From Bacteroidales bacterium (GTDB taxonomy: Bacteria; Bacteroidota; Bacteroidia; Bacteroidales; VadinHA17), in contig JBEKDR010000002.1 of the NCBI GenBank assembly GCA_050014255.1, positions 267-64,266 of the forward strand: a stretch of 64,000 nucleotides of DNA, written 5' to 3'. A model generated the notes under the pieces. It had not been told where the DNA came from, did not search any database, and was given only the letters and a program-made list of their open reading frames with translations. A program made the translations under genes and the position numbers. Positions 10,497 through 20,590 of this stretch are shown here, one piece after another. The number at the start of each line of letters is the position of its first letter. Positions within the stretch are counted from its first letter, which is position 1.

Positions 10497-11858
10497 ATGG
10501 CAAAAAACAAAACGGTATTCGTCTGTCAGAACTGTGGAGTAGAATCACCTAAGTGGATCGGAAGATGTCCTTCATGTAAAGAGTGGAATACCTACCATGA
10601 AGAGATAATTGCTCCTGCAACTTCACGTGAGGTCTCGTTCGTTATGAGCCAGGGGAAAAAAAAGCCTGAACTTCTTGATAGTATCAAGGCTGATGAACAT
10701 GGCCGTCAGAAAACAGGTATATCAGAACTCGACCGGATACTCGGAGGCGGTATTGTCGGAGGATCACTGATTCTTCTGGGCGGAGAACCAGGCGTTGGCA
10801 AATCGACCCTGGCGCTTCAGCTTGCTCTTGCCCTTAAAGATAAAAATATCCTTTATGTTTCAGGAGAAGAGAGCGAAGAACAGATAAGCCTCAGGGCAAG
10901 AAGGATGAAGAACTCCAATCCCCAATGTTATATACTATGCGAGACGGAACTTGAAAGCATCCTGGCACATGCTGAGAATATTAAACCCGGACTAATAATT
11001 ATTGACTCTATACAGACAATAAGTAATGCTTTGCTTGAATCTTCTGCAGGTTCTGTATCGCAGGTCCGGGAATGTGCCGCTCAGCTACTTAAATACTCCA
11101 AGATAACCGGAATTCCAATAGTTCTGATTGGCCATATTACGAAGGATGGTACACTTGCTGGTCCAAAAGTTCTTGAACATATCGTTGATGTAGTTCTCTA
11201 TTTTGAAGGTGATAACAACTATGTTTACCGCATTCTCCGGTCGGTCAAAAACAGGTTCGGTTCCACTGCTGAATTGGGCATCTTTGAAATGGTTGAAACA
11301 GGATTAAGGGAAGTTGACAACCCTTCTGAAATGTTTATCAATCAGCATGATGAGGCCCTCAGCGGAATATCAATTGCAGCCACTGTTGACGGACTGAGAC
11401 CATTTCTCATTGAGACACAAGCGCTCGTAAGCAGCGCTGTATATGGAACACCTCAGCGGAGTTCCACCGGATTTGATATCAGGAGGCTCAATATGCTGCT
11501 TGCCGTTCTTGAGAAAAGAGCGGGATTTAAACTAGGTGTAAAAGATGTCTTCCTGAATATTGCAGGAGGCATTAAAGTGAATGATCCTGCAATAGATCTG
11601 GCAATTATAAGTTCCGTCCTCTCTTCAAATCTTGATATCCCTATAGGCCGTGAAACATGCTTTTCCGGGGAAACCGGTCTCTCGGGTGAAATAAGACCCG
11701 TCTCGCGTATTGAACAGCGAATCCGTGAAGCGTCAAAAATGGGGTTTAATAAAATATATATTTCAAAATACCATAGAAATATTTCGGCGAAGGGAGTGAA
11801 TATTGAGGTTATACCTGTCGCAAAAATTGAGAATCTGGTAAGGTCGCTGTTTAGTTAA
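10497..11858 (+). CDS. radA: DNA repair protein RadA/Sms
   Basis: N-terminal zinc ribbon CQNCGVESPKWIGRCPSC, Walker A GEPGVGKST, the KNRFG motif and a Lon-like C-terminal domain. Confidence 0.95.
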   Translation: MAKNKTVFVCQNCGVESPKWIGRCPSCKEWNTYHEEIIAPATSREVSFVMSQGKKKPELLDSIKADEHGRQKTGISELDRILGGGIVGGSLILLGGEPGVGKSTLALQLALALKDKNILYVSGEESEEQISLRARRMKNSNPQCYILCETELESILAHAENIKPGLIIIDSIQTISNALLESSAGSVSQVRECAAQLLKYSKITGIPIVLIGHITKDGTLAGPKVLEHIVDVVLYFEGDNNYVYRILRSVKNRFGSTAELGIFEMVETGLREVDNPSEMFINQHDEALSGISIAATVDGLRPFLIETQALVSSAVYGTPQRSSTGFDIRRLNMLLAVLEKRAGFKLGVKDVFLNIAGGIKVNDPAIDLAIISSVLSSNLDIPIGRETCFSGETGLSGEIRPVSRIEQRIREASKMGFNKIYISKYHRNISAKGVNIEVIPVAKIENLVRSLFS

Positions 11859-11862
11859 TCAG

Positions 11863-12052
11863 GAGATTCCTCGTCCGCCAGTTGGCGGACTCGGAATGAC
11901 AAGATAATCAGATGGATATTAGGGGGAAGAAGTGGCGATTCGCAGTTTAAGTGTTATCAAGGGCAAATATTAAAACATCAATCCATGAGTCTTTTATAAT
12001 TCATTATTAACAGATAGATTGTCATTCGGAAGGAACAGAGGACGAGGAATCT
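11863..12052. repeat. Inverted pair of GTCATTCCGA...GAGGAATCTC hairpin units (family B) flanking ~120 bp; MITE-like
   Basis: The reverse complement of 11863-11900 is gtcattccgagtccgccaactggcggacgaggaatctc. Positions 12021-12052 read gtcattcggaaggaacagaggacgaggaatct. The two units are in opposite orientation. Confidence 0.6.
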
Positions 12053-12092
12053 GCTTCTCTCTTCTTCACCTCGTCTTAACTGTTGTTCCGTA

Positions 12093-14444
12093 CTAGTACC
12101 TTACCCTTCTCGAATTATCACCCCGTGAATTGGTTTTCTTAGCCCTGTCGCAATCAAGTTCCATATTGAAATTCGACGGTGCCTCAAATTCGTCAGCCTC
12201 CATAATTCCAAACTGAGGATCAGCATATACCTTTTTCAGAAAAAGAGCCATTATCGGAAGCGCCATATTTGCCCCCGATCCTTCTCCCAGTGTTTCAAAA
12301 TGGATAGCCTGGTCTTCCCAACCGCTCCATACCCCACCCACTAAATTAGGTGTTACCCCCATAAACCATCCGTTTGAATGATTTTGTGTAGTTCCTGTTT
12401 TCCCTCCAATCTGGTTCATAAGGTTATAAGGTTCCTTTCTAATATTCCTTCCAGTTCCGTTTTTTATTACACCCTGCAGCAGATTAAGCATCAGATAGGC
12501 CTGGTTCTCGCTTAATACCTCTTCTATTTTAGGTGTAAACTTCGAAATCGTATTTCCGTTTTTATCTTCAATGCGTGTAACATACATTGGCCTGGTGTAT
12601 ACACCTTTATTGGCAAATGTACCATAAGCTCCCACCATCTCTTCCAGTTTAATATCTGAAGTACCTAAAAATATTGACGGTACAGGATCAATAAAACTTC
12701 TGACCCCCATCTTGTGCATAAGATCCGTCACAGCTGTTGGTTTGAACTGTTTCATTAACCATGCTGAAATATAGTTTTCAGATTCAGCCAGTCCCCAGGC
12801 CAATGTCACCATTCTGCCGTGGTATTCTTTTGGTCCCGTGCTCCTTGGTGACCATGGTACAGTATCGCCGGGGACATCAAATGAACGGGGAATGTTTTCC
12901 ACCTCATAACATGGCGAATACCCGTTTTGCATTGCAACAGTATAAAGAAAAGGTTTAATTGTACTTCCAACCTGTTTCTTCTGCTGGGTTACAGCATCAT
13001 ATTTAAAGTATCTGAAATCGGGACCACCCACATAAGCTTTAACGTTTCCGTTATGAGGATCCTCCACCAGAAATGCTGAACGTATGAAATATTTATAGTA
13101 CCTGATAGAGTCGAGAGGTGTCATTATTGTATCCCTGTCACCTTTCCATGAAAAGACTCTCATTTTAACCCTGGTGTTAAACGCCAGCATGATAGAATCT
13201 TCAGAGATGCCTCTCGCACGCATTATGTAATATCTGTCACTTTGTTTAAGCGAAGCCATTATTAAATCATCAGTCTCTTTTTTAGTCAGATCATCCGAAT
13301 AGGGAGGATTTTTGAAATTTCTTGCCCTTCTGTAGAAATCAGGCTGGACCTCTTTGGAAAGATGTTCGGCCAATGCCTCTTCTGCATATTTCTGCATACG
13401 GGAATTAATCGTTGTATATATTTTCAGCCCGTCCTTGTAAACGTCATAGCTGGTCCCGTCAGGTTTTTTATTTTTATTGCACCAGCCATAAAGAGCATTG
13501 TTATTCCATTCCCATAATGCATCATCATATGACGATTGCTGAACATATTTATTCCTGTCAGGTTCAGGCTTTCTCATTATGTTTGTTAAGTATTGCCTGA
13601 GATAAGTTGCCAGGCCGCTATTATGATCTTCTACCCTGAAAACGACCTCGATCGGCAATTTCATTACTGAATCCGCAAAAGAAGTTTTGATATAACCATA
13701 TTTTGCCATCTGGGAAATCACGACATTTCGCCTCTGAAACATAAGGTCATAATTTCTCATCGGGTTATACCTTGTTGATGCTTTGAGCATTCCGATCAGA
13801 ACCGCTGCCTGCTGAAGATTTAGGGAATCGGGTGTTGTATTGAAGTACACTTTTGCTGCAGATCTGATTCCGATAGCATTGTAACTGAAATCGAACTTAT
13901 TGAGATACATTGTTATTATCTCTTCTTTTGTATAACTCCTTTCAAGTTTAACAGCTGTCTGCCATTCTTTGAATTTTGAAACACCAAGTTTGATCCTTCT
14001 CATAATTGAAGAATTTCTTGCTGTGTCTCTCGGATAAAGCTGCTTGGCAAGTTGCTGCGTAATTGTACTTCCTCCCCCCGTGCTCTGACCCAGCAAAATT
14101 GTACGTACAGCCGCACGGGCAAGACCCCTGATATCAATACCGGAATGTCTGTCATAACGGATATCTTCTGTAGCAATAAGTGCTCCTGTAAGATAAGGTG
14201 ATAAATCTTTATACTCTGTCCATGTCCGATTCTCGATACTGATTTTTCCCAGCAGTGCGCCATCTTCAGAAATTACCTGGGCTGCTAAATAGTATTCCGG
14301 ATTTTCCAGATCTTCGAAAGAGGGCATGGGACCAAGTTTCCCCTTTGAAATAAGTATGAACAATATTATGACAACAATGAACGGAAAAATGAATAGTGCC
14401 CAGAACCAGATCAGGTATTTTTTGTTGTTTGAATTGCCTTTCAT
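12093..14444 (-). CDS. mrcA: Penicillin-binding protein 1A (bifunctional transglycosylase/transpeptidase)
   Basis: Glycosyltransferase motifs EDIRYDRHSGID and GGSTITQQ. Transpeptidase motifs STIKP, SEN and KTGTT. N-terminal membrane anchor. Confidence 0.9.
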   Translation of the reverse strand: MKGNSNNKKYLIWFWALFIFPFIVVIILFILISKGKLGPMPSFEDLENPEYYLAAQVISEDGALLGKISIENRTWTEYKDLSPYLTGALIATEDIRYDRHSGIDIRGLARAAVRTILLGQSTGGGSTITQQLAKQLYPRDTARNSSIMRRIKLGVSKFKEWQTAVKLERSYTKEEIITMYLNKFDFSYNAIGIRSAAKVYFNTTPDSLNLQQAAVLIGMLKASTRYNPMRNYDLMFQRRNVVISQMAKYGYIKTSFADSVMKLPIEVVFRVEDHNSGLATYLRQYLTNIMRKPEPDRNKYVQQSSYDDALWEWNNNALYGWCNKNKKPDGTSYDVYKDGLKIYTTINSRMQKYAEEALAEHLSKEVQPDFYRRARNFKNPPYSDDLTKKETDDLIMASLKQSDRYYIMRARGISEDSIMLAFNTRVKMRVFSWKGDRDTIMTPLDSIRYYKYFIRSAFLVEDPHNGNVKAYVGGPDFRYFKYDAVTQQKKQVGSTIKPFLYTVAMQNGYSPCYEVENIPRSFDVPGDTVPWSPRSTGPKEYHGRMVTLAWGLAESENYISAWLMKQFKPTAVTDLMHKMGVRSFIDPVPSIFLGTSDIKLEEMVGAYGTFANKGVYTRPMYVTRIEDKNGNTISKFTPKIEEVLSENQAYLMLNLLQGVIKNGTGRNIRKEPYNLMNQIGGKTGTTQNHSNGWFMGVTPNLVGGVWSGWEDQAIHFETLGEGSGANMALPIMALFLKKVYADPQFGIMEADEFEAPSNFNMELDCDRAKKTNSRGDNSRRVRY

Positions 14445-14462
14445 TTAATAAAAAGTTTGGCC

Positions 14463-14470
14463 CAAAAATA
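14463..14470 (-). promoter_or_regulatory. -7 promoter box (TATTTTTG) for the PBP1A gene
   Basis: The reverse complement of caaaaata matches TAnnTTTG, 19 nt upstream of the ATG at 14444. Confidence 0.45.
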
Positions 14471-14562
14471 GTAAATAATAAAGAATCTTAACGGTTTATT
14501 TTGAAGTTTGGTACCTAATTGATTTACTTTGTCGTCTGAAAAAAAGAATAAATATCTGCTGT

Positions 14563-16866
14563 ATGATCGAAAATCTTGTAATTGTTGAGTCGCCCGCCAA
14601 AGCGAAAACTATAGAAAAATTCCTGGGAAAAGATTTCCGTGTTGTGTCGAGTTTCGGGCATATCAGAGACCTGTCTAAAAAGAACCTTGGTATTGACATA
14701 AAAAATAACTTCGAACCCGATTATGAGGTTCCCAGGGAAAAAACAAAAGTTGTAAGCGAGCTGCGCAAAGCTGCTGCAGATTCGAAAAATATCTGGATCG
14801 CATCTGACGAGGACCGTGAAGGAGAGGCTATTGCCTGGCATCTTGCCAGCGTTTTGAAACTTGATCTGCTGACAACGAAAAGAATTGTATTTCATGAAAT
14901 AACCAGAGAAGCTATATCGGATGCCATTGAGAACCCGAGGAAAGTTGATATGAATCTTGTCAATTCGCAGCAGGCACGCCGCATTCTTGACAGGCTTGTC
15001 GGTTTTGAGATATCTCCTGTGCTCTGGAAAAAGGTACAGCCATCGCTGTCTGCCGGCAGGGTTCAGTCGGTAGCCGTGCGCCTGATTGTTGAAAGGGAAA
15101 GAGAGATTATCTCCTTTGAATCAGAATCCACATTCAGGGTAACAGCAATTTTCACAATCGATTCAGCTAATGGAGAGAATGCCACTCTGAGGGCAGAAGC
15201 TTCCAAAAGGTTCCCTGATGAAAAAGAGGCTCTTAAATTCCTGGAGCTGTGCAATAATTCAAAATATTCTATTGCCAGTATCAGTATTAAACCCGGTACT
15301 CGTTCTCCTGCTCCGCCATTTACAACTTCGACATTGCAACAGGAGGCATACAGGAAACTGGGATTTTCTGTTGCCCAGACAATGGCTGTTGCGCAGAAGC
15401 TCTATGAAGCAGGGAAGATTACATATATGAGAACCGATTCAACAAATCTTTCAAGCCTTGCACTTGTTAAATCGCGGGAGATGATTATTGCTGAATTTGG
15501 TGAAAAATACTCAAAGACGCGACAGTTTAAAACCAAAACAAAAGGTGCCCAGGAAGCTCACGAAGCTATTCGTCCCGCTTATCTGGACAATTCTACAACC
15601 GCTGGCAGCCAGAATGAGAAAAAACTATATGAACTGATCTGGAAACGAACCGTAGCTTCCCAGATGGCAGATGCAGTAATAGAGAAGACATCTATTTCAA
15701 TTGATATGAATAACTCTCCGGTTACGTTCCAGGCTAACGGGGAAGTTATTAAGTTCGATGGATTCTTAAAAGTTTACACTGAATCGTCCGATCAGGAAAA
15801 CACAGATGAAGACAGATATGTGATCCCTCCGGTGACCAAAGGTATGCCTCTCTCGTATAACAATATGACAGCAACACAAAAATATACCTTACCTCCTCCA
15901 AGATATACCGAAGCCAGTCTTGTCAAAAAGCTGGAAGAATTAGGCATCGGACGGCCCTCAACTTACGCTCCCACTATATCAACTATTCAGAATCGCGGAT
16001 ATGTTTCGCGTGAGGACAGACCAGGAGAAAAACGGCATATAAAAATTATTGCTCTTCAGAGCGGTAAGTTTACAAATTCGACCAAAACAGAAATAACAGG
16101 AAAAGAAAAATCTAAACTTTTCCCACAGGATATCGGAATGATAGTAAATGATTTTCTTATTGAAAATTTCTCTGAAATCGTTGATTATCATTTCACTGCC
16201 GAGGTGGAAGAACAATTCGACGAGATAGCTCTCGGGAATCTTAAATGGACCGGGATGCTTGAAAAATTTTACTCGCCATTTCATAAAACAGTCACAAATA
16301 CTCTTGAAAAGAAAGATAGAAAAACCGGGGTTAGAGTGCTGGGAAATCATCCTGAAACAGGTGAACCGATCACTGTAAGGATGGGACGGTTTGGCCCGGT
16401 TGCCCAGATAGGCGATTCAGGAAACGAAGAAAAACCAAGATTTGCAAGTCTGTCGAAAAACCAGTTGCTCGAAACGATAACCCTTGAGGAAGCGTTAAAT
16501 CTCTTCCGCCTTCCTCGCTCCCTGGGTGAATATGATGGTGGAGAGATGGTGGTTGGCATTGGCAAATTCGGTCCGTATATCAGATTTAAAAGCAAATTCT
16601 TTTCTTTAAAAAAAGGAGTGGATGACCCTTATAGCGTGACATTTGAAAGAGCGGTTGAGATTATCCTTGAAAAGAATGAGAACGATAAAAAAAAGATTCT
16701 GAAAGACTTTGGCGATATTATGCTCCTGAACGGGAGATATGGACCTTACCTTGTTAAGGATAAACAAAACTACAGACTCCCGAAGGGCACAGATGCAGAA
16801 AAACTAACCAAAGAAGATTGCGATAAAATTATCGAAAAGAGTGATAAAACCAAAAAGAGTTCTTAA
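14563..16866 (+). CDS. topA: DNA topoisomerase I
   Basis: TOPRIM N-terminus LVIVESPAKAKTIEKFLG, the active-site region ITYMRTDS, and a lysine-rich C-terminal tail. Confidence 0.95.
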   Translation: MIENLVIVESPAKAKTIEKFLGKDFRVVSSFGHIRDLSKKNLGIDIKNNFEPDYEVPREKTKVVSELRKAAADSKNIWIASDEDREGEAIAWHLASVLKLDLLTTKRIVFHEITREAISDAIENPRKVDMNLVNSQQARRILDRLVGFEISPVLWKKVQPSLSAGRVQSVAVRLIVEREREIISFESESTFRVTAIFTIDSANGENATLRAEASKRFPDEKEALKFLELCNNSKYSIASISIKPGTRSPAPPFTTSTLQQEAYRKLGFSVAQTMAVAQKLYEAGKITYMRTDSTNLSSLALVKSREMIIAEFGEKYSKTRQFKTKTKGAQEAHEAIRPAYLDNSTTAGSQNEKKLYELIWKRTVASQMADAVIEKTSISIDMNNSPVTFQANGEVIKFDGFLKVYTESSDQENTDEDRYVIPPVTKGMPLSYNNMTATQKYTLPPPRYTEASLVKKLEELGIGRPSTYAPTISTIQNRGYVSREDRPGEKRHIKIIALQSGKFTNSTKTEITGKEKSKLFPQDIGMIVNDFLIENFSEIVDYHFTAEVEEQFDEIALGNLKWTGMLEKFYSPFHKTVTNTLEKKDRKTGVRVLGNHPETGEPITVRMGRFGPVAQIGDSGNEEKPRFASLSKNQLLETITLEEALNLFRLPRSLGEYDGGEMVVGIGKFGPYIRFKSKFFSLKKGVDDPYSVTFERAVEIILEKNENDKKKILKDFGDIMLLNGRYGPYLVKDKQNYRLPKGTDAEKLTKEDCDKIIEKSDKTKKSS

Positions 16867-16874
16867 AATTTACC

Positions 16875-18044
16875 ATGGTAGACCTGAATGATTATTTTAA
16901 TCCTGTAAGCATCGAGAGCCCTGATTTTGAGCACCTTACATCACAAGCAGGCTTCCCGCATAATATCACTATTCATACTGATAACACAGCTGTTAAAGAT
17001 ATCAGTAAGTACAAAATTGCGCTATTTGGAGTGCCCGAGGGCAGGAACTCTCCAAATCCGGGTTCATTAAGAGCACCCGATATGATCAGAGGGCAACTGT
17101 ATAAACTTGCAAAAATCCCCGGAAGATCTAAAATAATTGACCTCGGGAACATGAAACAGGGTGTCACTTTCAATGATACCATTGCCGGTCTTACAGATAT
17201 TTTATCTTTATTGATGAGTGAAAATATTTTCCCGGTAATCATCGGAGGCAGCAGTGCCCTCATCCCGGCTATTGACAAATCTGTTTCGCAGCTTTTCACC
17301 AGATATACATTAACGGCTGTGGATCCGCGGATTGATTTCAGCAACGAAAGGAAAGAGCCTGATTCTTTTAATTATTTAAATACTATCATCAATAATCACA
17401 AAAGTACCTTCTCCCATTACATCAATATAGGTTACCAGACCTATCTTAATGACCAACAAATAATAAACAGATTTCTGAAACGGAGGTCGGAACTTCTCAG
17501 AATAGGTGATGTAAGACAGGCAATCTACCTTACGGAGCCTCTCTTCAGGGATTCTGATGTAGCAATATTTGATATTTCTTCTGTGAGACAATCGGATGCA
17601 CCTGGTACCATCAGTCCTTCCCCCAATGGATTCTACGGAGAAGAGATCTGCCTGCTTTCAAGATACGCGGGAATATCTGATAAACTGAAAGTATTTGGCC
17701 TGTTTGATGTCAATCCCGAATTTGATATCCGTAACCAGACCACCGGTCTTGCTGCACAGATCCTCTGGTTTTTCCTGGAAGGCTTTTCCCAAAAGCAATA
17801 TGAGACCCCTGTTTTGAATACCAGCAATTCCGGGCGATTTATCAAATATCATGTCCGGGTAACGGATCTGGATGATGATCTTATATTTGTAAAAAGCAAT
17901 CTTACTGACAGATGGTGGATCGAACTTCAGGCTGAAAAAGATCAGACGCTTTATGTTGCATGCTCTCATGAAGATTATCTTAAGGCCAACCGTAACGAAG
18001 TTCCTGACAGATGGGTTCAGGCAGTGGAAAGACTTAAGTCCTGA
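16875..18044 (+). CDS. Arginase/formimidoylglutamase-fold protein with degenerate metal-binding motifs
   Basis: The block order matches the ureohydrolase fold, but the canonical motifs are altered. GGDHS reads GGSSA, DAHxD reads DPRID, and SxDxDxxDP reads FDISSVRQSDAPG. Confidence 0.6.
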   Translation: MVDLNDYFNPVSIESPDFEHLTSQAGFPHNITIHTDNTAVKDISKYKIALFGVPEGRNSPNPGSLRAPDMIRGQLYKLAKIPGRSKIIDLGNMKQGVTFNDTIAGLTDILSLLMSENIFPVIIGGSSALIPAIDKSVSQLFTRYTLTAVDPRIDFSNERKEPDSFNYLNTIINNHKSTFSHYINIGYQTYLNDQQIINRFLKRRSELLRIGDVRQAIYLTEPLFRDSDVAIFDISSVRQSDAPGTISPSPNGFYGEEICLLSRYAGISDKLKVFGLFDVNPEFDIRNQTTGLAAQILWFFLEGFSQKQYETPVLNTSNSGRFIKYHVRVTDLDDDLIFVKSNLTDRWWIELQAEKDQTLYVACSHEDYLKANRNEVPDRWVQAVERLKS

Positions 18045-18218
18045 AATTCCTGTATCGTACCTTAAATAAATGTGCCTTGTGCAACAAACAAAATCTTAGT
18101 CCGTTCGTATAACAGGTATTTCTAAATTTTAAATAAATACCGGTAAATTTGTATTCGACTCAGATTTTTATTTATTTTACTTGTTCAATAAATGTGCATC
18201 GCACCTGCAAATAAAGAG

Positions 18219-19163
18219 ATGAAAAAGCTAAATATTGCATTTCTTTTTTTAATCCTGATTATACGGCCGGTTTTATCGCAACAAGATCCCTTATCGAGTC
18301 AATACATGTTTAATACCCTTACTTTTAATCCGGGTGTGGCAGGTGCTTCAGGAATGATCTGTGCAACTGCTCTTAATCGCCAGCAATGGGTCGGATTTAA
18401 AGGAGCTCCTTCAACAACACTCTTTAACGTAAGTGCTCCTGTTTCGCTTTTCGGCATCAAAAGCGGGGTAGGCCTTGTAGTTGAAAGCGATAATATAGGT
18501 TTTGATAAAGACATAAATCTTTCTGCGTCTTACTCCTATCTTATGGACCTTGGCATGGGAAAACTTGGCATCGGTATAAGTCTGGGTATGCTTAATACTA
18601 CACTTAATCCGACCTGGGATATACCTTCAGATGATGAACATACTCCGGCTTCCGGTGATCCTTTGATACCTGAAAATAAAGAGAGTTATGTTGCTTTTGA
18701 TGCAGGTTTGGGTCTCTATTATAAAGCTGATAAATACTACGCTTCTCTTTCAGTAACGCACATTAATGAGCCAAAAATCAAGTTCAGTAAAGGTACTCCA
18801 TATGTCAGCAGACAATATTATCTGACAGGTGGTTATACTTTACAAATGGCAAATCCGGCACTTGAATTAATTCCTTCCCTTTTTGCATACAGTGACGGGA
18901 AGGTGGCTCAGTTTACTGTTACTTCATTGGTCAGATACAATAAAAAAGTATGGGGAGGCGTTTCATACAGAGCCGGAGATGCGTTGATCGGAATTATAGG
19001 ACTGGAACTTTTTAATGGAATCAGACTGGGATATTCTTATGATTTCACAATTTCTGATATGGGAAAAGCAAGCGGAGGGTCGCATGAATTCATGGTCAAT
19101 TATTGTTTCGACCTGAACCTGGGCAAAAGTCCGATGAAATATAAAAGTATCAGATTTTTATGA
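18219..19163 (+). CDS. porP: Type IX secretion system membrane protein PorP/SprF
   Basis: The signal MKKLNIAFLFLILIIRPVLSQQ is followed by the family motif DPLSSQYMFNTLTFNPGVAG. It ends with an aromatic residue (RFL) and sits immediately upstream of gldK. Confidence 0.8.
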   Translation: MKKLNIAFLFLILIIRPVLSQQDPLSSQYMFNTLTFNPGVAGASGMICATALNRQQWVGFKGAPSTTLFNVSAPVSLFGIKSGVGLVVESDNIGFDKDINLSASYSYLMDLGMGKLGIGISLGMLNTTLNPTWDIPSDDEHTPASGDPLIPENKESYVAFDAGLGLYYKADKYYASLSVTHINEPKIKFSKGTPYVSRQYYLTGGYTLQMANPALELIPSLFAYSDGKVAQFTVTSLVRYNKKVWGGVSYRAGDALIGIIGLELFNGIRLGYSYDFTISDMGKASGGSHEFMVNYCFDLNLGKSPMKYKSIRFL

Positions 19164-19210
19164 TTATTGAAAAAAAATAACTTACTTGCAATATAAAATT
19201 CTAAAGTATT

Positions 19211-20554
19211 ATGAAAAAGGTAACCCTATCTGCTCTAATATTGATAGTCCTGTTAACTGGTTGTGGCTCTTCAAATAACGGAGAGTTAACTGGCGTTCAA
19301 GGGCGGAAAAAATTCTTTGAACCGGAACCCTTTGAAATGGCATTCATTCCTGCCGGGAATTTTATGATGGGACCAAGCGATCAGGATGCTGTATGGGCAA
19401 TGAACAGTATCTCTAAGTCTGTAACTGTAGACGCTTTCTGGATGGATCAGACAGAAATCACAAATAATAAATATCGTCAGTTTGTATATTACGTCCGCGA
19501 TTCTATTCTGAGGACGAAACTTGGAAATGCCAGTGTTCCTGACAGACAGTATTTTATGGTTGATAAAGATGGAAATGTTATAGAACCAAATGTGATTAAC
19601 TGGGATGAAAAGATTGATCCAAGAGAAGAGACTACAAAAGCAACAATTGAGGAGATGTATTATCCGCCTGAAGAAAGATTCAACGGGAAAAAACAGATTG
19701 ATGTCAGAAAGCTAAACTATTCTTATTTCTGGGTTGATTATCAACAGGCTGCAAAATCAACCTATAAGTATGATTACGCAAATAATACAGGTAAATATGA
19801 AGGTAAGGTTACAAATCTCGATGGCACACGCACGGATGTAAAAGACCGGTCATCATTTATAAAACACAACATCATTAATGTTTATCCCGATACTCTGTGC
19901 TGGATACGTGATTTTACTTATTCATTCAACGATCCTCAGGCCTCACTTTACTTCTGGCATCCCTCTTTTGATGACTATCCTGTAGTGGGTGTATCATGGG
20001 TACAGGCCACAGCATTCAGTATCTGGAGGACAAACTACATGAACACTGCTCTCAGAAAGAATGGAGTAGCCGATGTGCATGCATACAGGCTGCCACTTGA
20101 AACAGAATGGGAATATGCAGCAAGAGGAGGTCTTGACCTTTCAATGTACCCTTGGGGCGGACCATATACCCGTAACTACAAAGGTTGCTTCCTTGCCAAC
20201 TTTAAACCATTGCGTGGTAATTATATTGACGATGGAAATGTGTATACAGGAAAAGTAGGATCATATGAACCAAACGAATATGGATTGTATGATATGTCAG
20301 GAAACGTTTCTGAGTGGACATGCTGTGCATACTCCCCTTCAGCATACATCTTCCAGCACGATCTTCAACCAAACTATGAATATAATGCCACACCACAGGA
20401 TCCCCCGATAATGAAAAGGAAAGTAATCCGTGGCGGATCATGGAAAGACATTGCATATTTCCTTCAAACCAGTGCAAGAGATTATGAATATCAGGATTCT
20501 ACAAAATCATATGTCGGTTTCCGTAATGTAAGATCTTATATTGGAGTAAATTAA
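19211..20554 (+). CDS. gldK: T9SS lipoprotein GldK/PorK (formylglycine-generating-enzyme fold)
   Basis: Lipobox LLTGCGSS, FGE/SUMF1-type motifs (YRLPLETEWEYAARGG, RGGSW), and its position before gldL/M/N. Confidence 0.9.
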   Translation: MKKVTLSALILIVLLTGCGSSNNGELTGVQGRKKFFEPEPFEMAFIPAGNFMMGPSDQDAVWAMNSISKSVTVDAFWMDQTEITNNKYRQFVYYVRDSILRTKLGNASVPDRQYFMVDKDGNVIEPNVINWDEKIDPREETTKATIEEMYYPPEERFNGKKQIDVRKLNYSYFWVDYQQAAKSTYKYDYANNTGKYEGKVTNLDGTRTDVKDRSSFIKHNIINVYPDTLCWIRDFTYSFNDPQASLYFWHPSFDDYPVVGVSWVQATAFSIWRTNYMNTALRKNGVADVHAYRLPLETEWEYAARGGLDLSMYPWGGPYTRNYKGCFLANFKPLRGNYIDDGNVYTGKVGSYEPNEYGLYDMSGNVSEWTCCAYSPSAYIFQHDLQPNYEYNATPQDPPIMKRKVIRGGSWKDIAYFLQTSARDYEYQDSTKSYVGFRNVRSYIGVN

Positions 20555-20590
20555 ATAAAATTAGATATAACCCTAAAATAATCAGGTAAA

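Noticed and set aside
14509-14523. TGGTAC-ctaat-TGA upstream of topA, considered as a sigma-54 site.
   Set aside because: The -24 element is mismatched (TGGTAC) and the -12 TTG is not at the correct spacing. It does not meet the standard applied to the other two sites.
14524-14895. A 123-aa minus-strand ORF (and the 67-aa ORF at 14496..14699) overlapping the 5' end of topA.
   Set aside because: It is antisense to a strongly supported topA reading frame and has no recognisable motifs. The same reasoning applies to the many other antisense ORFs in the track, such as 21660..22055, 48399..48890, 53386..53781, 15979..16350 and 9795..10160. These are shadow ORFs of real genes.
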